NCBI GenBank assembly: GCA_026388015.1
Contig: JAPLKO010000047.1
Location: 108,424 to 172,423 of the forward strand
Source of the DNA: Candidatus Firestoneibacteriota bacterium
GTDB lineage: Bacteria > Oederibacteriota > D2-FULL-39-29
DNA: 64,000 bases
Reading direction: 5' to 3'
A program made the position numbers and the translations under genes. Of this stretch, positions 29,160 to 39,071 are shown piece by piece (the first letter of the stretch is position 1; each line of letters begins with the position of its first letter). The notes beneath the pieces were generated by a model that saw only the letters and a list, made by a program, of their open reading frames with translations, was not told where the DNA came from and did not search any database.

Positions 29160-30614
29160 CTAAACTCCCATAGTTTTTTTCTCGGTCGCTGATAAATGCG
29201 AGATCATCCGGACTCTCATATCGGAAAGTGCGCCGGCATGCTTCGGGTCTTTTGCCAGGTTCTTTTTTTCTGCCGGATCTTTTTCCATATCATAAAGCTC
29301 CTCTTCGTTGCCCGGGAACCAGATGTTATATTTGTATTTATTTGTCCGCAGGCATTTTCCTTTTAACGTTTTTTTCGCGTTAGTGAACTCAACAAGCACC
29401 TGCTCCTTCCCTTTCTTCTTTCCTTCCATTACCGGCAAAAGGCTTTCTGCCTGCATGCTTTCCGGCGCAGGCACTCCGGCGGCCTCAAGAATTGTCGGCG
29501 CAACATCCATAAGCTCTACCAAATCCGTTGTTTTGCCTACCTTGGGTTTTCCTCCTGCGGGTTTTATTATTAGAGGCATATTAATTATCGGTTCCAGAAA
29601 AGTTGTTTTGCCGAACAACCCGTACTCCCCTAGATGTTCTCCGTGGTCCGTGGTCATGATAACCAGGGTCTCATCCCAGACTCCCATCTTTTTTAATTCG
29701 TTAAATATCTTTCCGCAAAGATCATCCGTCATGGTGCAAAGGCCGTAGTAATACGCCATTAATCTTTTATAAACTTCCGGAGTAAAACCGTTTGTATCTC
29801 CGAGCTGTCTTTTTGAATAAAAACCCGGTCTGTCCGATAAATCCATCATGTATGTTTCCGGTATCTTCATATCTTCCGGTTTGTACATCGAGGCATAAGG
29901 TTCGGGCGCGTCAAAAGGGTCATGAGGCTTGCAGAAACCGCACCAGGCGAAAACCGGTTTGTCACTTTTTTGATTTCTTTTAAAGAAATCTATAGTATTA
30001 TCCGCCGTCCAGTAGTCTACGTTTTCTTCAAACGAAAGTACGCTTGTCACCGCCGACTTGTACTTGCTGTACTCCGGTGTTCTTCTTTGCGCATAAATTG
30101 ACTCGTACGCACCCGGTCTTTTTTTCTCCAGCCACTTTGCATAATCATGTCCAAGTGGAGATGGTCCAAGCGGCGAACCAGATGCAACTTTCCATCTCAT
30201 CCCCTGGCCGCCGGTCAGTTTTGCCTCATCTAAACCTTTCGGAGGGGTCGGATAAAGATGAAGTTTTCCGAAAGCTCCGGTTTTGACCCCGCCGGCTTTT
30301 AAACTTTCCAGGAATGTTTTTTCCCAGGGCGGCAGTCCGGGCGTGGTATCAACGACATCTTCCATATACTCAACCCCGTGCTGGTGTACGTATTTTCCGG
30401 TAGCCATGCAGATGCGGCTTGGAACACAAACAGTATTATTGCAGTAGGCTTTTTCAAAGACGGTGCCTTCTTTGGCAAGAGCATCAAGATTTTTACTTGT
30501 TGCGACTTTACTTCCGTAGACTCCGAGGGTATCCTTTCGCTGCTGGTCGGTGGTTATAAAAAGTATAAACTTAGGCGCTTTCATCACTCTCTCCTTCTTA
30601 AAAGGATTCAACAA
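29160..30614 (-). CDS. Sulfatase (arylsulfatase family, Cys-type formylglycine motif)
   Basis: C-x-P-x-R signature CVPSRICMATGKY, plus N-terminal ILFITTDQQR and downstream metal-ligand regions. Confidence 0.85.
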   Translation of the reverse strand: MLNPFKKERVMKAPKFILFITTDQQRKDTLGVYGSKVATSKNLDALAKEGTVFEKAYCNNTVCVPSRICMATGKYVHQHGVEYMEDVVDTTPGLPPWEKTFLESLKAGGVKTGAFGKLHLYPTPPKGLDEAKLTGGQGMRWKVASGSPLGPSPLGHDYAKWLEKKRPGAYESIYAQRRTPEYSKYKSAVTSVLSFEENVDYWTADNTIDFFKRNQKSDKPVFAWCGFCKPHDPFDAPEPYASMYKPEDMKIPETYMMDLSDRPGFYSKRQLGDTNGFTPEVYKRLMAYYYGLCTMTDDLCGKIFNELKKMGVWDETLVIMTTDHGEHLGEYGLFGKTTFLEPIINMPLIIKPAGGKPKVGKTTDLVELMDVAPTILEAAGVPAPESMQAESLLPVMEGKKKGKEQVLVEFTNAKKTLKGKCLRTNKYKYNIWFPGNEEELYDMEKDPAEKKNLAKDPKHAGALSDMRVRMISHLSATEKKTMGV

Positions 30615-30822
30615 ACCTTACACCGGAATATATGCTATATATAGTACAAAGAAACCAAAAAAGTTATTTAAATTATTACTTAAACATTATATAATAAGGG
30701 CGTATTAAACACAATAGCGAACGTTCTTCTAAGACTACTAACAAATATTCCGAGGCGCCGTAAAAACGCAAGATAATACAGTTTTTATACGGCAGACTCA
30801 ATTAACAAGGGAGGAAATAACC

Positions 30823-31668
30823 GTGTTCCAATCAGAGCTCAAGAACAAGGTCGGAATCCTTACCGGAGGCAGCAGCGGTTTTGGTTTTGAAATGACCAAA
30901 ACTATAGTGTCTCAGGGCGGAAAGCTGGCAGTCTTCTCGGCTGATGAGATTTCAGACGCAGGACGGAAAGAAATTAAAGAAGCCGGCAGCGGAGAGGCGG
31001 TTTTTCTCCACCAGGATATAACAGCCCCGGGCGCAGCAGACACGATGGTGGATGAGACAATCAAGCGCTACGGCAAGCTGGATTTTGTAGTAGCCAATGC
31101 AGGCCTTGCAATCCGTTTTGAAGAGCCCCTTTTGGATATGCCCGCAGAGAAGATAGTTGCAGCAATGCAAAACCAGTTCGCGATGTTCCCTATAGCTTTT
31201 GCAACACTGGCGCTAAGAGCCGCAAAAGCAATGGCGCCCCGTTATCAGAATCTTCCGTTTAACGCAGCAGGTCACCGGAATGATTCCGGTTCCATAGTGG
31301 CAACACTTTCAGTAGCTTCAGTAATTCCTTTAAGAGATGACCTTCTGGCTTACTCTGCCGCCAAGAGAGCTGCGCTTTCCGTGATGGAAAGTCTGGCAGC
31401 GACACTCGGCAAATATAACATCAGAGTTAATGCTATCGCGCCGGGATTTGCCAACACCGCCGGCCCGAAGAAATTCTACGACCGTTATCCCAACATCAAA
31501 GAAGATATCGAATACCGGACACATCTTAAACCCTCTTTCCTGCATCCGGGCGCTGTTGTCCCTACGGTAATACATCTTTTAACCGATAATTACGTCACCG
31601 GCCAGTGCATAGTCATTGACGGTGGCTATACAAATAATACTACAGTTTACTTTCAGGAGAAAAAATAA
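30823..31668 (+). CDS. SDR-family oxidoreductase (GTG start)
   Basis: TGGSSGFGFEMTK glycine-rich NAD(P) motif and the usual SDR catalytic Tyr and Lys. An AAGGGAGG RBS precedes GTG 30823. Confidence 0.8.
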   Translation: MFQSELKNKVGILTGGSSGFGFEMTKTIVSQGGKLAVFSADEISDAGRKEIKEAGSGEAVFLHQDITAPGAADTMVDETIKRYGKLDFVVANAGLAIRFEEPLLDMPAEKIVAAMQNQFAMFPIAFATLALRAAKAMAPRYQNLPFNAAGHRNDSGSIVATLSVASVIPLRDDLLAYSAAKRAALSVMESLAATLGKYNIRVNAIAPGFANTAGPKKFYDRYPNIKEDIEYRTHLKPSFLHPGAVVPTVIHLLTDNYVTGQCIVIDGGYTNNTTVYFQEKK

Positions 31669-32504
31669 TGAAACAGTCTATAACTGAACTAAAGAAATCA
31701 GCCTGGCAAATAAGGCTCGAACTGATAAGGATGTTCGGGGTCGGAAAACCGCATCATTACGGCGGCACGCTTTCCTGCGCGGAAATAGTCGCTGCGCTTT
31801 ATTTCCACAAAATGAACTTTTCCAAGGAACTCTTAAATGCTCCGGAAAGAGACCGGCTTATAATGAGTAAAGGGCATACGGTACCAGCGCAATATGCGGC
31901 TCTTGCGATGCTCGGTGTTTTTCCAATGGAAGAGCTGAAAACTATAAAACGTCTCGGCAGCCGCCTGCAGGGACATCCTGATATTACCAAGACCCCCGGC
32001 ATCGAAGCACCCACCGGTTCGCTCGGACAGGGGCTTTCTTATGCAAACGGCATAGCGCTTGCGGCAAAACTTGACGGACTAAAATTTAATATCTTCGTGA
32101 TAGTCGGCGACGGCGAACTCCAGGAAGGTCAGACCTGGGAAGCCGCAATGACCACGAGTCAGCACTGCCTGGGTAATCTTTGTGTTATAGTCGATAGAAA
32201 TGTTCACCAGAGCCAGGGTTGTGTTTCAGAAATAATGGATGTCGAGCCTCTGGATAAAAAATGGCAGGCGTTCGGCTGGGATACGGTTCGTATAGACGGC
32301 CACAATATGGAAGCCGTTTGCAAAGCACTGGATGGTTTTACCGGACAGGGAAAACGCCCGCTTGCGATAATCGCGGACACCATCAAAGGAAAAGGCGTAA
32401 AGTTTATGGAAGATGTTTACAAGTTCCACAACGCCGCACTTACGGAAGAGCAGTTTAAAGAGGCGGAAAAAGAAATTCTTGCCGGGTTACAGGAGGTAAA
32501 ATAA
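31668..32504 (+). CDS. Transketolase, N-terminal (thiamine-diphosphate PP-domain) subunit of a split transketolase
   Basis: GHTVPAQYAALAMLG...VIVGDGELQEGQTWEA are the TK PP-domain motifs. The start overlaps the SDR stop. Confidence 0.85.
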   Translation: MKQSITELKKSAWQIRLELIRMFGVGKPHHYGGTLSCAEIVAALYFHKMNFSKELLNAPERDRLIMSKGHTVPAQYAALAMLGVFPMEELKTIKRLGSRLQGHPDITKTPGIEAPTGSLGQGLSYANGIALAAKLDGLKFNIFVIVGDGELQEGQTWEAAMTTSQHCLGNLCVIVDRNVHQSQGCVSEIMDVEPLDKKWQAFGWDTVRIDGHNMEAVCKALDGFTGQGKRPLAIIADTIKGKGVKFMEDVYKFHNAALTEEQFKEAEKEILAGLQEVK

Positions 32505-32505
32505 C

Positions 32506-33444
32506 ATGAGCGCATTAAAGACAAGAGAAGCGCGTGACGGTTATGGTGAAGGTCTGGTAAAACTTGCAAAAGCGCATAAAGATGTAATAGCTATGGATTG
32601 CGATCTCGGCAGATCTACGAGATCTTTTAGAATAACAGAAGTAGATAAAAACCGTTTTTTTGATATGGGTATAGCAGAACAAGATATGCTTTCAACCGCA
32701 GCAGGTATGGCAAAGATGGGTAAAACTGTTTTCGTCAACTCATTCGGGGTGTTCGTGACCGGCAGAGCGTTTGACCAGATTCGCCAGCAGGTTTCCCTGC
32801 CCAAAGCAAACGTAAAAGTTTGCGGCAGCAGCTCCGGTCTTACACAGGGAGCGGACGGCGCAACCCACCAGTCTGTTGTAGATGTTGCTCTAATGAGAAA
32901 TCTTCCCAATATGACGGTAGTTGTACCGGCAGACGCAAAACAGGCAGAAGAAGCAGTTATTGCTCTTTATGATGTCAAAGGCCCTGCATATTTAAGGCTT
33001 TCTAAGCATCCGACTCCGGACTATATTCCGGAAACTCCGGCTTTTAAAATAGGAAAAGCCCAGGTGCTCCGTACCGGCAGCGATATCTGCCTTTGCGGCT
33101 GCGGTCCGGTTATGTATAACGTCCTTGCGGCGGCGGATGTTCTTGAAAAAGCAGGAATAAAGACCGGCGTGGTGAACTTCCATACAATAAAACCTCTGGA
33201 TGTTGAAACAGTCAAGAGCTTGGCCGGAAAGTACAAAAGAATTGTTTCCATAGAAGAACACAGCATACTCGGCGGACTCGGAAGTGCGCTGGCGGAAGTA
33301 ATCGCCGGTCTCGAAAAAGGCGCCACTCTCCTTCGTCTCGGGGTACCGGACACTTTTGGTGAATCCGGTTCCGGAGAAGAGCTCCTTGCCAAATACGGAC
33401 TTGATACGGACGGTATAGTTAAATCCGTTAAAAATTTAAAGTAG
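32506..33444 (+). CDS. Transketolase, C-terminal (Pyr and C-terminal domain) subunit
   Basis: DMGIAEQDMLSTAAGMA...GADGATHQS is the TK pyrimidine-binding domain. It starts 1 nt after the N-terminal subunit stop. Confidence 0.85.
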   Translation: MSALKTREARDGYGEGLVKLAKAHKDVIAMDCDLGRSTRSFRITEVDKNRFFDMGIAEQDMLSTAAGMAKMGKTVFVNSFGVFVTGRAFDQIRQQVSLPKANVKVCGSSSGLTQGADGATHQSVVDVALMRNLPNMTVVVPADAKQAEEAVIALYDVKGPAYLRLSKHPTPDYIPETPAFKIGKAQVLRTGSDICLCGCGPVMYNVLAAADVLEKAGIKTGVVNFHTIKPLDVETVKSLAGKYKRIVSIEEHSILGGLGSALAEVIAGLEKGATLLRLGVPDTFGESGSGEELLAKYGLDTDGIVKSVKNLK

Positions 33445-33465
33445 TTTCACAGGAGAAAATATATT

Positions 33466-34866
33466 ATGAGCGCAAATGAAAATGCGGTAAGTATGGTTGG
33501 TGCACTGGTTGAACGTTCGAAAAGAGCGCAGAAAATATTTGAATCTGCTTCGCAGGAACAGGTAGATGAGCTGACGGCGCGTGTCGCCTGGGCCGGCGTA
33601 AAACCGGAGTTCGCAAAGCAGCTGGCAGAAACGCTGGTGGCCGAAAGCGGTCTTGGTTTTGCTCCGCACAAAATAATGAAAATTATGACCAAGATTAAAG
33701 GATCTCTCAGGGATATGAAAGGAAAAAAATCCGTCGGTGTTGTTTTTGAAGATAAGGAGGCCGGGATAATCAAGCTGGCAAAACCTGTCGGGGTAATAGG
33801 CGGCATTCTTCCCGTAACAAACGGCGAAGCAACTCCTTTTGTAAAAGTTCTATTCGCTTTGAAAACCAGGAACTCCATCATCCTCGCCCCGCACCCTAAG
33901 GCGCTAAAGACGTGCAACATGGCGGTTAACGCAATACGCGCTGTGTTAAAAAAACAGGGTTGGCCCGAAGATCTGGTTATCGGCATGGATCCCGTATCCA
34001 TTGATTCCAGTATGGAGCTTATGAAACAGTGCGACCTGGTAATCGCAACCGGAGGCGCAGGCCTTGTTAAAGCTGCCTATGCCAGCGGCACACCCAGCTA
34101 CGGAGTCGGCGCCGGAAATTCAGTATGTGTAGTTGATGAAACTGCAGATTTAAAAGATGTAGCCGATAAGATAATGCGCTCCAAGACTTTTGATTATGCG
34201 ACAAGCTGTTCTACCGAAAATGAGGTTATTATTCAGGAAGGCGTTTACGATAAGCTTATAAAAGAGCTTGAAGCAGCAGGCGGCTACCTGGTCAAACCGG
34301 AAGAAAAAGGAAAACTTCAGGCGGCCATGTGGGATGCAAAAACACACGCCTTGAATCGCGGCGTTGTCGCTCAGTCTGCCGCCGCAATCGCAAAACTTGC
34401 CGGAATAAACCTGCCTGAAGGAAAAAGTTTTCTGATGGTACCGGAAACCGGTGTCGGAGACGAGTTCCCGTTCTCCCGCGAAAAACTTTCCGTCACGATG
34501 GCAGTATACAAATGGAAAACATTTAAAGATGCTATAGAGCTCGTTAACAAGATTACAACGAACTGCGGGGCGGGACACTCCTGCGGTATTCACACTACGA
34601 ACGAACTCCGGATAAAAGAGCTGGCTCTCAAAGTAAAAGTATCGCGCATTATGATACGCCAGCCGCAGTGCTTGGGCAACTCCGGCGCCTGGACCAACGG
34701 TATGCCGATGACTATGACCTTAGGTTGCGGTACATGGGGCGGGAACATCAGCAGTTCGAACATCACCTGGGAACATATGCTTAACTACACCTGGGTTTCT
34801 TATCCGATTCCGAGCACCCAGCCGACTGATGAAGAGTTATTTGGCACCATAATGAACGAGAATTAG
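33466..34866 (+). CDS. CoA-acylating aldehyde dehydrogenase (EutE/PduP/SucD-like)
   Basis: ALDH fold with GVIGGILPVTNGEATPF, catalytic Cys region SCSTEN and GVGAGNSVCVVDETADL. No NAD-ALDH C-terminal Glu motif. The length is EutE-like. Confidence 0.7.
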   Translation: MSANENAVSMVGALVERSKRAQKIFESASQEQVDELTARVAWAGVKPEFAKQLAETLVAESGLGFAPHKIMKIMTKIKGSLRDMKGKKSVGVVFEDKEAGIIKLAKPVGVIGGILPVTNGEATPFVKVLFALKTRNSIILAPHPKALKTCNMAVNAIRAVLKKQGWPEDLVIGMDPVSIDSSMELMKQCDLVIATGGAGLVKAAYASGTPSYGVGAGNSVCVVDETADLKDVADKIMRSKTFDYATSCSTENEVIIQEGVYDKLIKELEAAGGYLVKPEEKGKLQAAMWDAKTHALNRGVVAQSAAAIAKLAGINLPEGKSFLMVPETGVGDEFPFSREKLSVTMAVYKWKTFKDAIELVNKITTNCGAGHSCGIHTTNELRIKELALKVKVSRIMIRQPQCLGNSGAWTNGMPMTMTLGCGTWGGNISSSNITWEHMLNYTWVSYPIPSTQPTDEELFGTIMNEN

Positions 34867-34895
34867 AAAGAAAAATTAGAGGCGCATGGTATATA

Positions 34896-36089
34896 TTACT
34901 GTGCGCCTTCTTTTTTTGGTGAAACCGGAGGTTTAAATAAACGGTTAAAAAGAAACAGACCAAAGAGCAGGATGCCGGAGGCAGAGAGTAGAGCCAGGTC
35001 GTATTTTCCTGTACGGTCAAGGATGTACCCCGCAAAAGGCGGAGCCAGAAGCCCGCTTATAAGGTTACTCGCAAAAAGCAAAGGATATATCTGCCCGAGT
35101 CTTTCCACTCCGAAGTATTTCGAAACCGCAGAAGCGTAAACCACAAGCGCGCACCCGTAATTGAACCCGGCAAGCACCGCAAAAAGATAATAAAGCGTTG
35201 TATTTCTGACAAAAAATACCGAGAGGAACAACACCGACGCCTGTAATAGTATTGAATAATACACGCTTTTCTCTTCGCCTATTTTATGCACGATATAACC
35301 CCAAGCCATCCTGCCGGCTGAGTTGAAAAGTGAAAGCAAAGAAACACCGACCGTAGCCAAAGCTCCGGCAACTCCCCACATGCTTCCCATGGATTTAACA
35401 TTCCCGATGACTAAGATACCTGCAAAGATAGAAACGGACATAGCAGAAAACAGTGCCCAGAATATTTTAGAAGTAAATATCTCACGGTACTTAAGCGGCA
35501 TTGTTTCTTCTTTTCCCGCTTTGCCGGCCGGAGCCTTCAAAAATACCGATAGAGAGCACACCGTAACTATAATGATGCTCCCGGAGATCTTAAACGTATT
35601 TGAAATGTGCATCCCGCCTCTTAAAAGGTAATCAACAAAAAGCGCCAGAAGAAGAGAGCCGATACCCAGACCGCTTACGGAAATCCCGGTTGCCAGAGCT
35701 TTTTTATCAGGAAAACATTTCTGCACCGTTTCAAGCGGTGAGATGTAAGCAAGACCTCCCCCGAACCCTCCAAGAACGCCTACACCGGTTATTAAAAGCA
35801 TTAGATTTGGTTGTGTAAGTCCGGGGATAAAAAATCCTGCGCCCATAACCGCCCCTCCGGCAAAAGCCAGTACGCGAGCCCCGGTCTTTTTCACCAACCT
35901 TCCCCCGAGCAAAAATCCAGCCGCGAAAAAGAATTGAAAAATACCAAAGACCATCTGTGCATCCCGCATCTGAAAAGCATACTTCGTATGGAGCTCATGC
36001 GCAAAAACACTCCACGCATAGCCCGCGCCAAAGCACATGGACATAACAAAAGAAACTATAAGGACAAATACTCTTTGATTTTTACTCAA
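34896..36089 (-). CDS. MFS transporter, oxalate/formate antiporter (OFA)-like family
   Basis: 397 aa with 12 TM helices. The N-terminus MSKNQRVFVLIVSFVMSMCFGAGYAWSVFA is typical of the OFA family. Confidence 0.7.
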   Translation of the reverse strand: MSKNQRVFVLIVSFVMSMCFGAGYAWSVFAHELHTKYAFQMRDAQMVFGIFQFFFAAGFLLGGRLVKKTGARVLAFAGGAVMGAGFFIPGLTQPNLMLLITGVGVLGGFGGGLAYISPLETVQKCFPDKKALATGISVSGLGIGSLLLALFVDYLLRGGMHISNTFKISGSIIIVTVCSLSVFLKAPAGKAGKEETMPLKYREIFTSKIFWALFSAMSVSIFAGILVIGNVKSMGSMWGVAGALATVGVSLLSLFNSAGRMAWGYIVHKIGEEKSVYYSILLQASVLFLSVFFVRNTTLYYLFAVLAGFNYGCALVVYASAVSKYFGVERLGQIYPLLFASNLISGLLAPPFAGYILDRTGKYDLALLSASGILLFGLFLFNRLFKPPVSPKKEGAQ

Positions 36090-36095
36090 GGTAAA

Positions 36096-37199
36096 TTATT
36101 CCTTTCCTTCAGGCAGATTAAGATGACTTGCTTCCTGTAAACTCTCTATTTTATTCACGACCGCGTCTAGTTTGTTCTTTCTGGTGGTCACGAGTTTGTT
36201 GAACTCTTCCTGCGCGGCGCTTATTTTTTCACCGAGCTTTTCATAACAGCCGGTGTACTCTTCCCATTGTTTGCCGAAAGCCGATAAAAGTTTTAGTATT
36301 TCAGAAGCCGTCGCTTCCATTTTAAAATTATCAATCGCCTGGCGCATTATTACAAGCAGCGCATAAAGCGTAAGAGGAGAGCAGAGCACCACTTTTTTCT
36401 GCAGTGCCTCATCCATGATAAGCGGCTCCATCCGGTTAATAAAAGCAAACACCTGCTCGTTTGGTATGAACACAATCACGTAATCCAGGGTATTCTCTTC
36501 GGCGTTAATATAATCCCTGGTCGTTACCTCTTTTATCCTGCTCCTGACATCGGAAAGGAACTTTTTTTCATAATTTTCTTTTTCCACCTGACCTGCGGCG
36601 TTTAAAGATGCCGTATAGTTATCAAGAGGAAACTTCACATCCATATTTACTTTAAGGTTCTTAGGAAGTGTAAACGTAAAATCCGGTTTGTTTCCCGCTT
36701 CATTTTTTTGCTGTTTGGCGTAGTTAATTCCCTCGGCAAAACCCGCAAGCCGAAGCACATCTTCCGCCATCCGCTCCCCCCATTTCCCGCGGGCCTGAGA
36801 GGAGGAAAGCGCAGTGTTCAGTTTTTCCGTAGTCTGCTGGAGTTTGCCCGTCTGTTCCGCCGTCTGTTTTATCTGATTGGAAAGCTCGCCGAATTTATTC
36901 TCCCGGTCCTTTTCAAGATTGTTCATAAGGTTTTCCACTTTTAAAAGGTCGGTTTTCATCCCGTTTAGAGTCTGGTCTATAAGCTGTTTTTTTCCTTCAA
37001 GCTCCTTTTCCCCTGAGACCAGTTGTTTGGAAAGCGCTTCATTTACAAACGGAATCATATCTTTCCAGGCATCCAAAGACATCGCCTTAAAAGAGTCCTT
37101 CATCCTCTGCTCTTCCTCTTTTTTACGAAGAAGATGGATAATATAGTAAGCCAAAAGCCCCAGCACAAAACCTATTATGAAAGTTATTATCGGATTCAT
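36096..37199 (-). CDS. rmuC: DNA recombination protein RmuC
   Basis: N-terminal TM segment, long coiled-coil and a C-terminal RmuC nuclease-like domain (DYVIVFIPNEQVF). Confidence 0.85.
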   Translation of the reverse strand: MNPIITFIIGFVLGLLAYYIIHLLRKKEEEQRMKDSFKAMSLDAWKDMIPFVNEALSKQLVSGEKELEGKKQLIDQTLNGMKTDLLKVENLMNNLEKDRENKFGELSNQIKQTAEQTGKLQQTTEKLNTALSSSQARGKWGERMAEDVLRLAGFAEGINYAKQQKNEAGNKPDFTFTLPKNLKVNMDVKFPLDNYTASLNAAGQVEKENYEKKFLSDVRSRIKEVTTRDYINAEENTLDYVIVFIPNEQVFAFINRMEPLIMDEALQKKVVLCSPLTLYALLVIMRQAIDNFKMEATASEILKLLSAFGKQWEEYTGCYEKLGEKISAAQEEFNKLVTTRKNKLDAVVNKIESLQEASHLNLPEGKE

Positions 37200-37262
37200 A
37201 GTTTATTTTATCCTAAATACGGCAGGTTTTCAATCAATTAGGTTAACCCGGAGCATTGGAAA
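37141..37262. repeat. Copy A of a 120-bp segmental duplication (rmuC 5' codons plus upstream leader/promoter). Copy B is at 55153..55262.
   Basis: About 95% nt identity over about 105 bp, by direct comparison. Confidence 0.8.
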
Positions 37263-37368
37263 GGTTTGGATTCGATTCCGTTGGAAGTATGAGAAGGGCT
37301 TTTTGGGGAGATTTCAAAGCGACAAAATTACACTGCTTCCGGATATACAGAAAGCACGTATTGATTAT

Positions 37369-37719
37369 TTACCTCGCCACCAGCCAAATACCGCCTACCA
37401 GGAGTGCCAAACCCACCATTTGAACAGTTGTAATTGTTTCTTTAAAATATATTACCGAAACAGCGCTAATAATAAATAGCCCGCCGGTGGTCATAATCGG
37501 ATAGGCGATACTTAGAGGCATTTTCTTCAGTGTAATGCTATAGGCCGCCAGCGCAAGACCAAAACACAAGACACCGCTGATCACCGGAAGTGAAAGCCAT
37601 TTTGTCTTAAGGGCTTCTATTAGGCCTCCGGGAACATCAGGTCGAGCCATCCCGGCTTTGATGAGAATATTAGCGACAGCGTTTAGGACAAGAGCAGTGA
37701 ATAGTATGAACCATTTCAT
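37369..37719 (-). CDS. Small four-TM transporter of the SMR/EamA-like (DMT superfamily) type
   Basis: 116 aa with four TM helices. ANILIKAG and GLALAAYSITLKKMPLSIAYP are typical of SMR/ArnE-like proteins. Confidence 0.55.
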   Translation of the reverse strand: MKWFILFTALVLNAVANILIKAGMARPDVPGGLIEALKTKWLSLPVISGVLCFGLALAAYSITLKKMPLSIAYPIMTTGGLFIISAVSVIYFKETITTVQMVGLALLVGGIWLVAR

Positions 37720-37775
37720 AATAACTCCCTAAAACAATTTCAGACTTTGAACCAAAACCGATAAATAGCATATTT

Positions 37776-39071
37776 CTATAACAACTTGCCTTCCTGCATT
37801 TTTATTTCACCGCCGACAATAGTCATAAAGGCGGCGCCTTTGACCGGTCTGCCGTTGAATGGGGAATTCTTGCTTTTGCTTGCAAATTTGTTCACATCTA
37901 TTACATATTTCTTTTCAAGATCAAGGACTGTGATATCCGCAGCGGCTCCGGCTGAAAGAGAACCTTTCTTTAAACCCAGAATTTTTGCCGGCATAACCGA
38001 GAGTTTTTCTACGGCCTGTTCCAACGTTAGGATTTTTTTATCCACAAGCTCCGTCAGGGTAAGAGGAAGCATAGTTTCAAGACCTACAATGCCAAAAGCT
38101 GCGTAATTATATTCTACTTCTTTATCAATCCTTCCGTGCGGAGCATGATCAGAAGCTATACAATCAATTGTGCCGTCTTTCAGCCCTGCTATTATTGCCT
38201 TAACATCTTCAGCGCTTCTTAACGGCGGATTCATTTTAGTATTTGTATCATAACTTTTGACCGCTTCGTCGTTAAGTGTAAAATAGTGAGGCGCTGTCTC
38301 ACAGGTAACCCTCATCCCCTGTTTTTTTGCCCACCTGATAATCTCTACGGATTCTTTACAGCTGACGTGCGCAATATGAACCAACGCCTTCATGTAATTC
38401 GCAATGGAGATATTTCTGTAAACCATTATACTTTCTGCCACAGGGGCCATACCCCGGAGTCCAAGAACCGTCGAATTAAAACTTTCGTTCATTACCCCGT
38501 CCACAGTCATATTTTTATCTTCGCAATGAGTGATAATTGAAACATTAAATTGTTTTGTATATTCGAAAGCCCGCCGCATTATCTCAGCATTCATTAAAGG
38601 CGCAGCATCATCAGATAACGCAACGACACCGCTTTTTAAAAGCATTCCGATATCAGAGATTTCCTCGCCTTTTGCGTTTTTTGAAACTGAGGCTATGGGA
38701 TAAACATTTGCCAGATTTTCTTTTTTCCCTTTTGAAATAACGTATTCTACAACTGCGGTATTATCCATTACCGGGTCGGTATTTGGCATACAGGCAACAG
38801 AAGCAAAGCCTCCCAGCACGGCCGCTCTTACACCAGTACTGATAGTTTCTTTATATTCAAAACCAGGCTCCCTAAGATGAACATGCATATCGATGAGACC
38901 GGGAACAATAATTTTACTTTTCAAATCCACAAGCATTGCAGCTTTATCCTTAATATTTTTTGCAACCTTGCTGATTTTTCCGTCTTCAATTAGAACATCC
39001 AGAACCTCATTTATTTTATTTACTGGATCAATTACCCTGCCTGCTGAGAGTAGCAATTTCATTAGTCTCAC
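37776..39071 (-). CDS. pyrC: Dihydroorotase
   Basis: PGLIDMHVHLREPG metal-binding motif. 431 aa class I DHOase. Confidence 0.9.
   Translation of the reverse strand: MRLMKLLLSAGRVIDPVNKINEVLDVLIEDGKISKVAKNIKDKAAMLVDLKSKIIVPGLIDMHVHLREPGFEYKETISTGVRAAVLGGFASVACMPNTDPVMDNTAVVEYVISKGKKENLANVYPIASVSKNAKGEEISDIGMLLKSGVVALSDDAAPLMNAEIMRRAFEYTKQFNVSIITHCEDKNMTVDGVMNESFNSTVLGLRGMAPVAESIMVYRNISIANYMKALVHIAHVSCKESVEIIRWAKKQGMRVTCETAPHYFTLNDEAVKSYDTNTKMNPPLRSAEDVKAIIAGLKDGTIDCIASDHAPHGRIDKEVEYNYAAFGIVGLETMLPLTLTELVDKKILTLEQAVEKLSVMPAKILGLKKGSLSAGAAADITVLDLEKKYVIDVNKFASKSKNSPFNGRPVKGAAFMTIVGGEIKMQEGKLL

Noticed and set aside
33447-34001. 184-aa minus-strand ORF, plus 33021..33392 and 34150..34593
   Set aside because: Antisense to the transketolase C-subunit and the acylating ALDH. 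Their composition is a mirror of the real genes.
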